DNA of 64,000 nucleotides from an uncultured Candidatus Saccharibacteria bacterium (lineage in GTDB: Bacteria > Patescibacteriota > Saccharimonadia > Saccharimonadales > UBA10212), in NCBI GenBank assembly GCA_964460855.1, contig CAYWQH010000002.1, positions 7,506 to 71,505 on the forward strand, given 5' to 3'. Position numbers and translations under genes: made by a program. The notes beneath the pieces were generated by a model that was not told the DNA's origin, ran no database searches, and saw only the letters and a program-made list of their open reading frames with translations. The stretch's first letter is position 1; every line of letters begins with the position of its first letter. This document shows, one piece after another, positions 55,465 through 64,000 of this stretch.

Positions 55465-56790
55465 CTACTTGCTGTAGAGCATGTCCAGGGCCAGGGCGGC
55501 CGTCCAACTAAAGCCGGGCGCGCCGGCCGGCTTGCCGGTCAGCGGGTTGAAGTACTCGTAAAAGCCGTGCTTGGCCACCAGAGCCAGGCTACTGTCGCGG
55601 ATATGCTCGGCTTCTTCGGTAAAACCATAGCGTTTTAAGCCGTCAATAATCAGCCAATTGGTATTGAGCCATACCGGCCCTTGCCAGTACTTAAACGGGT
55701 CAAAATAGTGCGAATTATGCGGCACGGTCGGCACCGGGTACTTTAGCCAAAAAGCTTTAGGCGAAACCAACATATCGCGGATTTGTTGGGCGCGTTCCTT
55801 TGATACGCTACCGGCATAAAGCGGCATAATGGCCGCGATACTAAACTCACTTATTAATTTATGCGAATTATAATTGCGCGAAAAGTATTGCTTATCAAAG
55901 CTGTCCCACAGCTGGTCCAGGGCGCTGTCGGCTTTGGTCATGCTGTGGTGCAGCGGTTCGGGTATTTCATGCTTGATGGTTTTGGCTATATAGCGCAAAT
56001 GGTGGTTGGCCCGGATTAAAATGCAGTTAAAAGTTAAATCTTCTATCGAAAACAAGGCATGGTTGAGTATTGAGTTGGTATCCCAATTTTTGCGGCGCAG
56101 ACGGCGCAAGGCAGTAAAGTAAGCCATGGCTTCGGTAGAGCTCATCCGCTGGCCGGGCGGCACATGGCGGGTATCGCGGCGGATCTTATTTACCAGCGGC
56201 ACAAGCTGCAATCGATCAATTAATGTTATCCAAACCGGCATGTGGTGCTGTTTGAGCTCGCTTATCCAGGGCGGCGTGTTATCGAGGCCGGTTTCATAAG
56301 GGTGGATACAAAGCACCAAACCTTCGCCGTGAGGGTCACGTTCCCTATAAAGCCACTGGTGGTAGCGCAGTAAGCCCGGAAATATCGCTTGATACCAGCT
56401 GCGACGTTCGGTTACGGACATTTTACGGCCAAGTTGTACGATTGCTTCGGCTAAAACCGGCGGTTGCGTCAACCCGCTAGTCGAGACATGGTCCGGGGCG
56501 TGCGGGCTGAGCCGGCTTTGCCAAATTTCGCGGTCGCGGTGGTAGTTTCGTCCACCGGCAAATATCATATGCGGTACCATGCCGTTATGCCATTGGCCGC
56601 TGAATATCCGCAGTATTTCATTTTTGGCGCGCTCTAAATCATAATGCCGCAACCCGATGCTAATAAAACAGCTGTCCCACAGCCATTGGTGGGGATAAAG
56701 CCCGGTTGCCGGGATGGTATATTCGCCGCGGTTATTTTCGGCCAAAAGAGTTTTGGCGGCCGCGGTCAGCCGGTCTTTATATTCCTCCAT
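55465..56790 (-). CDS. (alpha/alpha)6-barrel glycoside hydrolase, GH63/MGH1-like
   Basis: YPHQWLWDSCFISIG...GPVWLNTNWLII...EYFNPLTG are typical of GH63-type, trehalase-like hydrolases. The family call is from memory. Confidence 0.6.
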   Translation of the reverse strand: MEEYKDRLTAAAKTLLAENNRGEYTIPATGLYPHQWLWDSCFISIGLRHYDLERAKNEILRIFSGQWHNGMVPHMIFAGGRNYHRDREIWQSRLSPHAPDHVSTSGLTQPPVLAEAIVQLGRKMSVTERRSWYQAIFPGLLRYHQWLYRERDPHGEGLVLCIHPYETGLDNTPPWISELKQHHMPVWITLIDRLQLVPLVNKIRRDTRHVPPGQRMSSTEAMAYFTALRRLRRKNWDTNSILNHALFSIEDLTFNCILIRANHHLRYIAKTIKHEIPEPLHHSMTKADSALDQLWDSFDKQYFSRNYNSHKLISEFSIAAIMPLYAGSVSKERAQQIRDMLVSPKAFWLKYPVPTVPHNSHYFDPFKYWQGPVWLNTNWLIIDGLKRYGFTEEAEHIRDSSLALVAKHGFYEYFNPLTGKPAGAPGFSWTAALALDMLYSK

Positions 56791-56846
56791 ACTGCTAATG
56801 AGTATAGCAAAATCAAGCTATTTACCTGATATACTATTAGGTAATT

Positions 56847-57893
56847 ATGGCTTATCAAAACGCCGATATCGCTCGCGCTAGTGAGGAGTTGCGGAAGAAA
56901 TTTGACCAACTGCCGGAAAAAGGCGCAATAAGGCGGGCGCCTGAACTACAGGCGCTGTTTGGGCAAATAAAAAATTTGCCGGCCAACGAACGGGCAGCTT
57001 TTGGCAAAGAAATTAACGACCTTAAAAACGAAATCGAAAGCTGGATTAAAAACAGCCAGCAACAAGCAGAGCAGCTGGCGCCCATTGATGTTACGGCGCC
57101 ACTTGACGTTAATACGCCGCCGGATAAACGGCCGCGTTTTTTACCTGCCTTGCAAGGCAGCGTCCACCCGCTCACCAAAGAACTGGAAGCAGTGCTGGAT
57201 ATTTTTAACCGCATGGGCTTTACGGCCGTCGAATCTCGCCAGTTAGACGACGATTACCACATGTTCGAGTCGCTGAACTTTCCGGCCGGCCACCCGGCCC
57301 GCGACCATTACGACACATTTGTAACAGACGAAGACTTAATAGCCCCGGCGCATACCAGCACAATGCAAAACCGCATGCTGCGGCTGTACGCCTCCAATTT
57401 AGAGAAAGGCCAGCCGATTGCCGTGGTAATTCCCGGCCGGGTTTTCCGCAATGAGGACGTCGATGCCCGCCACGACCATACTTTTTACCAGTTCGAAGGC
57501 ATTTATGTTGATAAGGGCATTAACACCGGCAATTTAATAGCGACGCTAAAAACTTTTTTGGAAACTTACTACGAGCAACAGCTGGAAGTACGTATCCAGC
57601 CGTTTTATTTTCCGTTTACCGAACCGAGTTTGGAATTCGCCATGAGCTGCCCGTTTTGCCAAAAGGCCGGCTGCCAGATTTGCAGCCATACCGGCTGGAT
57701 AGAGTTGTTGGGCTGCGGCCTGGTCCATCCTAACGTATTGAGGATGGCCGACATCGACCCGGCCGAATATACCGGCTTTGCCTGGGGCTGTGGTTTGGAG
57801 CGGCTGGTAATGATGAAAAATAACATCGAAGATATCCGCCATTTCGAAAGCGGCAACCTAAAATTCTTAACCCAATTTAGAGGCATTTCATAA
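56847..57893 (+). CDS. pheS: phenylalanyl-tRNA synthetase alpha subunit
   Basis: HPARD, FRNE and the class II motif 3 GFAWGCGLERL are present. Confidence 0.95.
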   Translation: MAYQNADIARASEELRKKFDQLPEKGAIRRAPELQALFGQIKNLPANERAAFGKEINDLKNEIESWIKNSQQQAEQLAPIDVTAPLDVNTPPDKRPRFLPALQGSVHPLTKELEAVLDIFNRMGFTAVESRQLDDDYHMFESLNFPAGHPARDHYDTFVTDEDLIAPAHTSTMQNRMLRLYASNLEKGQPIAVVIPGRVFRNEDVDARHDHTFYQFEGIYVDKGINTGNLIATLKTFLETYYEQQLEVRIQPFYFPFTEPSLEFAMSCPFCQKAGCQICSHTGWIELLGCGLVHPNVLRMADIDPAEYTGFAWGCGLERLVMMKNNIEDIRHFESGNLKFLTQFRGIS

Positions 57894-60415
57894 TGAAATT
57901 ATCGCTTAACTGGGTTAAAGAATTTACCGAAATTAACCTCGAAAAAGACGAGTTGCTGGAGCGCATCGGTACGCAAATTGGCGGCATCGAAGAAGTAATC
58001 GATTTGGGCGAGCAATATAAAGGCATAGTAGTCGCTAAAGTTATAGCCTGCGAAAAACACCCGGATGCCGACCGCCTGAGCGTTTGCCGCATCGATGACG
58101 GCCGGTCGGTAGATAACATGCCGCGCGACGGCGAAGGCTACACCCAAGTAGTGTGCGGCGCGCCAAATGTAAAAGCCGGCCAAACCGTGGCCTGGTTACC
58201 GCCTGGGGTTACCGTGCCCAGCACATATGGCAAGCAGCCAATGGTTTTGGACAGCCGCGATATCCGCGGCCAACAAAGCAACGGCATGATCGCCAGCGCC
58301 AGCGAACTGGGATTTTCCGACGACCACGATGGCATCTTAGTAATTGATGTCGAAGCCAGCCCCGGCGAAGATTTCGCCAAGCTATATAAGCTTAACGACA
58401 CCGTAATTGATATCGAAAATAAAATGTTTACCCACCGGCCGGACCTATTCGGCATTTTAGGCATTGCCCGCGAACTGGCAGGCATCCAGAAAATCAAATT
58501 CCACAGCCCCGATTGGTACCGCCAGGCTTTGCGTACAGCAGTTGACCAATCGTCTTTCGAAGAACTGGAGCTTCATGTAGAAAATAATGCCCCTGACTTT
58601 TCGCCGCGTTTTTGCGCTTTGGCTATGAGCGGCGTAAGCGTCGCGCCCTCGCCAATCCTAATGCAAACTTACTTAAGCCGGGTAGGGTTAAGGCCCATCA
58701 ATAATATCGTCGATATCACTAACTTTATAATGCATTTAACGGCCCAGCCCCTGCACGCCTTTGATTACGACAAGGTAAAAGCTCTTGATGGCTCCAACTC
58801 GGCTACTATTCAAGTAAAAGCCGCCAAGCCGGGAGATAAATTGGAGCTACTAAACGGCAAAACCATTACGCTGCGCGACGACGACTTTGTTATTGCCAGC
58901 GCCGGTCACGCCTTGGGTCTGGCCGGCGTGATGGGCGGCGGCCAAACAGAAGTTACGGCCGCCACAAAAAATATAATTTTAGAGTGCGCCAACTTTAATA
59001 TGTACGAAGTCCGCCGTATGGGGATGGGCCACGGTATTTTCAGCGACGCCTGGACGCGTTTTACCAAAAACCAAAGCCCGTTGCAAAACGACAAAGTCCT
59101 GGCTTATGCCGCCCATAAAGTCGGCGAAATAAGCGGCGGCTTGGCGGCTAGCAAAATGTTTGACGAATTCCGGGATTTGCCCGAACCGGCAACGGTCGAA
59201 GTAAGTACGGACTTTATAAATACCCGCTTAGGCACCAAATTGTCAGCCGAAGATATTGCCGAATTGCTGCAGAATGTCGAATTTGAGGTAGAAGCCGTTG
59301 ATAATATAAAAATTAAGGCGCCTTTTTGGCGGCGCGACATTTCACAGCCCGAAGACATAGTAGAGGAAACCGGCCGGCTGTTTGGATACGACAAGCTGCC
59401 GATGAAGCTGCCGCTGCGCGATTTAAGCGCCGCCCGCCGCAATGAGCTGCTGCTGTTTAACAGCCGTTTGCGGCATTTTTTGGCCGGCGCCGGCTTAAAC
59501 GAAGTACTAAATTACAGTTTCGTTAACTCCAAATTGCTGGAAAATGCCAACCAGGATAAAAACCTGGCCTTCCACGTTAAAAATGCGCTCAGCCCCAACC
59601 TCAATTACTACCGCTTAAGCCTAACGCCAAGTTTGCTGGAAAAAATCCACCCAAATATAAAAGCCGGCTATGAGCACTTCGGACTATTCGAGCTTAACAA
59701 AGTTCACCAAAAGAACATTCTAGACGGCGAACAGTTGCCGCAAGAACAAGCCCGTTTAGCTGTAGTTTTAACGGCTACTAAAAAGGCCGAAACGGTTAAT
59801 TATGCGGGCAGCGCCTTCTACTTAGCGCGCTATTATTTGGATAATTTACTTGACCAATTACGGGTTAAAGCCGAAGTTCGTCCGCTAGCGCAAGCCGATA
59901 ATGTTATTACTGACAATTGGCGGCAAGCCGCCAAGCCTTACGATGCCAGCCGGGCCGTCGCGGTTATTATCGATGGCATTATGGCAGGAGTGGCCGGTGA
60001 ATTCGCGCCCAATACCCGGGCCGGCTTTAAGCTGCCTAATTTTAACTCCGGGCTGGAACTGGATGTTGCCAAATTAATGCAAGCTTCAAGCCACAAAGCC
60101 AGCTACCAACCTATAAATAAATACCCGCCAGTGCAGCAGGATATTTGCCTTAAAGTCAGCTCGGCCACCGATTTTGCCGCGGTTTCTAACTTTTTATCGG
60201 GGGAGATAAATAGCGTCCAAAACGATAGCGGCTACCAAGTGCAACTGGTCCCCGCGGATATTTACCAGAACCCCCAGGACCAGGCCCATAAACAACTTAC
60301 TTTTAGCTTGAGTTTCCAGCACCCTGATAAAACCCTAACCGACCAAGAAGTAAATTCGGTAATGGATAAGATCGCCGAAAAAGCCAAATCGGTTTTGCAA
60401 GCGGAACGGGTATAA
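57893..60415 (+). CDS. pheT: phenylalanyl-tRNA synthetase beta subunit
   Basis: MKLSLNWVKEF, the tRNA-binding domain (HPDADRLSVC), B3/4, B5 and a C-terminal FDX-ACB are present. The start overlaps the pheS stop (TAATG). Confidence 0.95.
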   Translation: MKLSLNWVKEFTEINLEKDELLERIGTQIGGIEEVIDLGEQYKGIVVAKVIACEKHPDADRLSVCRIDDGRSVDNMPRDGEGYTQVVCGAPNVKAGQTVAWLPPGVTVPSTYGKQPMVLDSRDIRGQQSNGMIASASELGFSDDHDGILVIDVEASPGEDFAKLYKLNDTVIDIENKMFTHRPDLFGILGIARELAGIQKIKFHSPDWYRQALRTAVDQSSFEELELHVENNAPDFSPRFCALAMSGVSVAPSPILMQTYLSRVGLRPINNIVDITNFIMHLTAQPLHAFDYDKVKALDGSNSATIQVKAAKPGDKLELLNGKTITLRDDDFVIASAGHALGLAGVMGGGQTEVTAATKNIILECANFNMYEVRRMGMGHGIFSDAWTRFTKNQSPLQNDKVLAYAAHKVGEISGGLAASKMFDEFRDLPEPATVEVSTDFINTRLGTKLSAEDIAELLQNVEFEVEAVDNIKIKAPFWRRDISQPEDIVEETGRLFGYDKLPMKLPLRDLSAARRNELLLFNSRLRHFLAGAGLNEVLNYSFVNSKLLENANQDKNLAFHVKNALSPNLNYYRLSLTPSLLEKIHPNIKAGYEHFGLFELNKVHQKNILDGEQLPQEQARLAVVLTATKKAETVNYAGSAFYLARYYLDNLLDQLRVKAEVRPLAQADNVITDNWRQAAKPYDASRAVAVIIDGIMAGVAGEFAPNTRAGFKLPNFNSGLELDVAKLMQASSHKASYQPINKYPPVQQDICLKVSSATDFAAVSNFLSGEINSVQNDSGYQVQLVPADIYQNPQDQAHKQLTFSLSFQHPDKTLTDQEVNSVMDKIAEKAKSVLQAERV

Positions 60416-60437
60416 TAAAATAAACGAGACAAGCAAT

Positions 60438-63287
60438 TTGAATATTAGACGCTCCAAAAAGAAGTCATCAAACTACAGCGCCTTCCAAAAAATCAGCCTG
60501 TTTTTTTATGACCGTCCGCGCATAACAGCCGTAATATTTTTAGCATTAATTGCTTTTGGCATTGCCAGCTATACGACGCTGCTGCGGCGTGAAGGTTTTC
60601 CGAGTATCAACGTGCCGTTTAGCTTGGTAAGTGGCGCGTATATTGTTAATGACCCGGCTAAAGTAGACCGCAACGTCAACCAACCACTGAGCGAATTTTT
60701 AGTAAAACAAGACGGCGTTAAATCGGTCGATGCCCAGGCGGGCGCCAATTTTTACACCATTGCCATCGAGTATAAAGAAGGCGTAGATTCCAAAGCCGCC
60801 AGCAGCGCCATCGAACAAAAGGCCAAAGCCGCCCATGTTATTCCCGCCAATACCGTAGCTAAATTCCAACCGCTGAGCATAGGTGTAGACGAGCAGGGCC
60901 ACGATATGCTGGTAGCGTTTTATGCCAAAGACGGCAACCGCGATATGCACCAGCTATACCAGGCCGCCCAGCAGGCAGCGGATTATCTAAAGCAGAATGG
61001 CAACATTAAATCGGCCCAATCAATTGAAGCCGTCGACCCGTTTGTTCATGGAGTCGACCCGGTAACCGGCAAAGCCAGTGACAGCCAGAAAATTTTTGAC
61101 CGGTACACTTCTAACGTAGCTGGTAACGTTCAATCCAACGACTCGGTAGTAATTGGCATTAAAGGCGTGCCGGGCTTTGACGTGCTCGATCTGGACAAAC
61201 AGGTCCGCGCCGCCTTGGCTTCCTTCAACTCTTCGGACCAAGTGGACGGCCATCAAGCAGTAGTAAGCTATAGCGCGGCTCCAGACATCCAGGACCAGAT
61301 ATCCGGCTTGCAGCATTCACTGCTCGACGGACTAGTCGCCGTATTAGTAATGAGCGCTATCTTAATTGCCCTGCGGGCCTCATTAATTACCGTCAGCGCC
61401 ATGTCGCTGGTACTGCTGATCACTCTCGGCGTATTGGACCTTATTGGCTATAGCCTTAATACGATTACGCTTTTCTCACTTATCTTATGCCTGAGCTTAA
61501 TTGTCGACGACACCATTATTATGGTTGAGGCAATCGATGCCCAGCGGCGAAAGAGTTCCGAGGCCCGGGATGTAATTAAAAAAGCCACGCGCAAAATTAG
61601 CCGGGCGATGCTGGCCGCCACGTTAACCGCTACTATCGGCTTTGCGCCGCTGATTTTCGTTACCGGTATCCTGGGTTCGTTCATTAAAGCCATCCCGATA
61701 ACTGTCATTACCAGTTTAATCGTGAGCCTAATCGTCGCCTTAACCTTCATTCCTTTCGCGTCGCGCTACATACTGCTTAGGCCCAAGCACTTGGGTAAGG
61801 ACGAAAAAGAATCGCCGTCGCACCACCTCGAAACATTTATCGCTAAAACTGTCGCCCGGCCGTTGATGTGGACCAACCATAACCGCAAGCGGCAAGTGGG
61901 CCTGGGTATCGTCGCTTTAATTGTCGGTTTCGGGTTTATTATGGCCGGCGGCGCGCTGTTCCAAGAAGTTACGTTTAATATATTTCCGCCGGATAAGGAC
62001 GGCAATAATATAGCTGTAACCCTGACTTACGAGCCGAATACCAGCATTGAGCAAGCCCAGAAAATAGCGGCAAGCGCCGATGATTTGGCGGCTAAAACGC
62101 TGGGCAAAAACTTTCGCTACGCCTCGTATTACAACTCGGGTAATGCCCAAACCGCTATGCTGAATATCCAGCTACTGGACTTTAAAAAACGGGTGGTTAC
62201 ATCACCAGAGCTGGCCACCCAGCTCGAACAAGCATTCAAAGGGTTTAAGGGCGCCAGCGTCCAATCGGCTACCCAAGGTGTCGGGCCCAACGACGCGGCT
62301 TTTAGCGTCCAGGTAATTACTACCGACCGCGAAAAAGCTTATAACCTAGCCAAAGATTTAAACGCTTATATGACAACATTAACCTTGACCCGTTTAGACG
62401 GCAGCCAGGCCCATATGAAATCGGTAGTCATTTCTAATCCTGATACGGTGCTTCGCAAAGACGGCAAAGAATATGTAAAAGTGTCGTCCGAATTTGACGC
62501 CACCGACACCAGTACACTGGTAACTTTGGCCCAAAACGCCATTAAAGAAAAATATAACTCCCAGGAACTGGCCAAATTTGGCTTGCCGGCCGATACTATA
62601 AAGTTCGATACCGGCACTGAAGGTGATTTCCAAAACTCATTTAAAACCCTGCTGTTTGCCTTTCCGATATTGCTGGTTGCCATCTACTTCTTGCTGGTAA
62701 CCCAATTCCGCAGCTTGCTTCAGCCAATACTTATCTTTATGGCCATACCGTTTAGTTTGTTTGGAATTACCGCCGGCTTATGGCTGACCCATAATGCCTT
62801 CAGCTTCTTCTCGATGCTCGGCTTCTTCGCCTTGCTGGGGCTCAGTATAAAGAACACGATACTTCTTACCGATTATGCCAACCAGGCCCGGAGATCGGGC
62901 AGCAATGCCGTCGAAGCCGTATCGATATCGCTGCAGGAGCGGTTCCGCCCGTTAATCGCCACCAGCCTAACGGCTATTGTGTCGCTTATCCCGTTATATT
63001 TGAGTAACCCGTTTTGGGAAGGGCTAACCGTGACGCTGATGTTCGGCTTACTGTCGAGCACTTTCCTGGTAATTACCGTATTTCCTTATTATTACCTGGG
63101 CGCGGAATACCTACGGCTGCGTATCCGCCGCCGGACTTTTCTACTTTGGCTGTGTATCGCGGTAATTTTGAGTGCCGGGGCGGTTGCCGCCGGCCAGCCT
63201 AAACTTGTGCCGGTTATTATGCTATTTTCGGCCCTGGGCTTAGGCCTGGCTAAAAGCTTTGCTTTTAAGCCGCGAGCCGCTGCCTAG
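60438..63287 (+). CDS. RND-superfamily efflux transporter permease (AcrB/MMPL-like), no adjacent partner genes
   Basis: The 949-aa protein has 12 TM helices in a 1+5 / 1+5 arrangement with two large loops. SLIVDDTIIMVEAI and LSIKNTILLTDY are typical RND TM4/TM10 regions. The start is a TTG. Confidence 0.85.
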   Translation: MNIRRSKKKSSNYSAFQKISLFFYDRPRITAVIFLALIAFGIASYTTLLRREGFPSINVPFSLVSGAYIVNDPAKVDRNVNQPLSEFLVKQDGVKSVDAQAGANFYTIAIEYKEGVDSKAASSAIEQKAKAAHVIPANTVAKFQPLSIGVDEQGHDMLVAFYAKDGNRDMHQLYQAAQQAADYLKQNGNIKSAQSIEAVDPFVHGVDPVTGKASDSQKIFDRYTSNVAGNVQSNDSVVIGIKGVPGFDVLDLDKQVRAALASFNSSDQVDGHQAVVSYSAAPDIQDQISGLQHSLLDGLVAVLVMSAILIALRASLITVSAMSLVLLITLGVLDLIGYSLNTITLFSLILCLSLIVDDTIIMVEAIDAQRRKSSEARDVIKKATRKISRAMLAATLTATIGFAPLIFVTGILGSFIKAIPITVITSLIVSLIVALTFIPFASRYILLRPKHLGKDEKESPSHHLETFIAKTVARPLMWTNHNRKRQVGLGIVALIVGFGFIMAGGALFQEVTFNIFPPDKDGNNIAVTLTYEPNTSIEQAQKIAASADDLAAKTLGKNFRYASYYNSGNAQTAMLNIQLLDFKKRVVTSPELATQLEQAFKGFKGASVQSATQGVGPNDAAFSVQVITTDREKAYNLAKDLNAYMTTLTLTRLDGSQAHMKSVVISNPDTVLRKDGKEYVKVSSEFDATDTSTLVTLAQNAIKEKYNSQELAKFGLPADTIKFDTGTEGDFQNSFKTLLFAFPILLVAIYFLLVTQFRSLLQPILIFMAIPFSLFGITAGLWLTHNAFSFFSMLGFFALLGLSIKNTILLTDYANQARRSGSNAVEAVSISLQERFRPLIATSLTAIVSLIPLYLSNPFWEGLTVTLMFGLLSSTFLVITVFPYYYLGAEYLRLRIRRRTFLLWLCIAVILSAGAVAAGQPKLVPVIMLFSALGLGLAKSFAFKPRAAA

Positions 63288-63346
63288 TGGCAAATAATTT
63301 GTTAAGCTATACTATAAGCACATCAAGTAAATGAGGGTAAATATTA

Positions 63347-63892
63347 ATGGCAGTAGCTCGCCGTTTTGGCTGGGCCATGTTGGCCCTGTTGTTTTTAGCC
63401 ACATCAATTGGCTTCAGTTTATTGGTGGTATACCAGGTTCACCAGGAAAACCAGCAAAACGCTAAGAATGCCGCAATCCAGTCGGCGCTTAACCAAGCCA
63501 AAAATAATTCGTCAAAGGAGGGTAAATTGGAAGGAACTAAACTGGTAGGCTGGACACCCGTGTCCAAAGTAGACAAGTTGCAAATTATCGATACCAAAGT
63601 GGGCGACGGCGACGAAGTCAAAGCCGACTCCACCATTACCGCACATTATACCGGCGCCTTGGCGTCTACGGGCGTGATTTTCCAAAGTTCGCACGACTCC
63701 GGCCAACCGTTTACCAGCGCGCTCAGCGGCCTGATCAAAGGCTGGCAAGAGGGAATTCCGGGGATGAAAGTCGGCGGCACCAGGCGCCTGGTTATACCGG
63801 CGGCCGAAGCTTACGGCTCCCAATCCCAAAGCGGCATCCCGGCCAATTCAGATTTGGTTTTTGATATTGAATTGGTCAAAATTGGCCAATAA
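63347..63892 (+). CDS. FKBP-type peptidyl-prolyl cis-trans isomerase with N-terminal membrane anchor
   Basis: HYTGAL..G..F.SS...G.PF....G.LIKGW.EGI.GMKVGG.R.L.IP...YG....IP.NS.L.F..EL is the FKBP signature. Confidence 0.85.
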   Translation: MAVARRFGWAMLALLFLATSIGFSLLVVYQVHQENQQNAKNAAIQSALNQAKNNSSKEGKLEGTKLVGWTPVSKVDKLQIIDTKVGDGDEVKADSTITAHYTGALASTGVIFQSSHDSGQPFTSALSGLIKGWQEGIPGMKVGGTRRLVIPAAEAYGSQSQSGIPANSDLVFDIELVKIGQ

Positions 63893-63986
63893 AACACAAT
63901 ATATAGCGTACTTGAATAAATTAACGACACCATATATAATTAGCCAACAACCATAAAAACAATCAAAAATAAGAGGGATTAATTAT

Positions 63987-64000
63987 ATGGCTAAAGAAAT
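63987..64000 (+). CDS. start of an unidentified gene (MAKE...), truncated by window end
   Basis: AAGAGGGA RBS lies 8 nt upstream of the ATG, and only 4 codons are visible. Confidence 0.3.

Overview
This 64 kb window is a compact, almost gap-free bacterial chromosome segment. By eye it is mid-to-upper 40s % GC, with a lower-GC left end.

Housekeeping genes I recognise are typA, a Pif1/RecD-type helicase with an HRDC tail, ligA, a murF-like ligase, leuS, rpmF, nusB, rnc, rpsP, trmD, sodA, rmuC and pheST. There are five tRNAs, all with encoded CCA: Gly-GCC, Cys-GCA, Leu-TAA, Ala-GGC and Gln-CTG. The rest is many transporters, envelope proteins and very small proteins.

The gene content includes a MarP-like CvpA-protease fusion, an LCP protein, a membrane alpha/beta-hydrolase, GH13, and S16 and NusB with low-complexity tails. 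This suggests a small-genome monoderm-type lineage such as CPR/Saccharibacteria. That is inference only.

I found no rRNA, CRISPR array, transposase or integrase.

Most interesting signals:
1. Two tandem, self-contained high-GC cassettes lie at 12.04-14.15 kb. Each has a conserved AT-rich promoter, a structured leader, an orphan ~290-aa paralog ending in -AA, and a near-identical 58-nt GC hairpin.
2. A second high-GC insertion encodes a secreted basic protein directly 3' of tRNA-Gln (39.33-40.05 kb).
3. A 630-nt ORF-free, highly structured gap (37.2-37.83 kb) holds a tRNA-shaped element without an anticodon loop and two terminator-bounded RNA candidates.
4. A recurrent structured motif in the 3' trailers of tRNA-Leu and tRNA-Ala can base-pair with the tRNA 3' end.
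5. A low-GC type II R-M pair sits at the left edge.
6. A cluster of RBS-preceded micro-ORFs and stress proteins lies at 48.3-50.2 kb.

All functional calls come from motif recognition by eye. No database search was possible.
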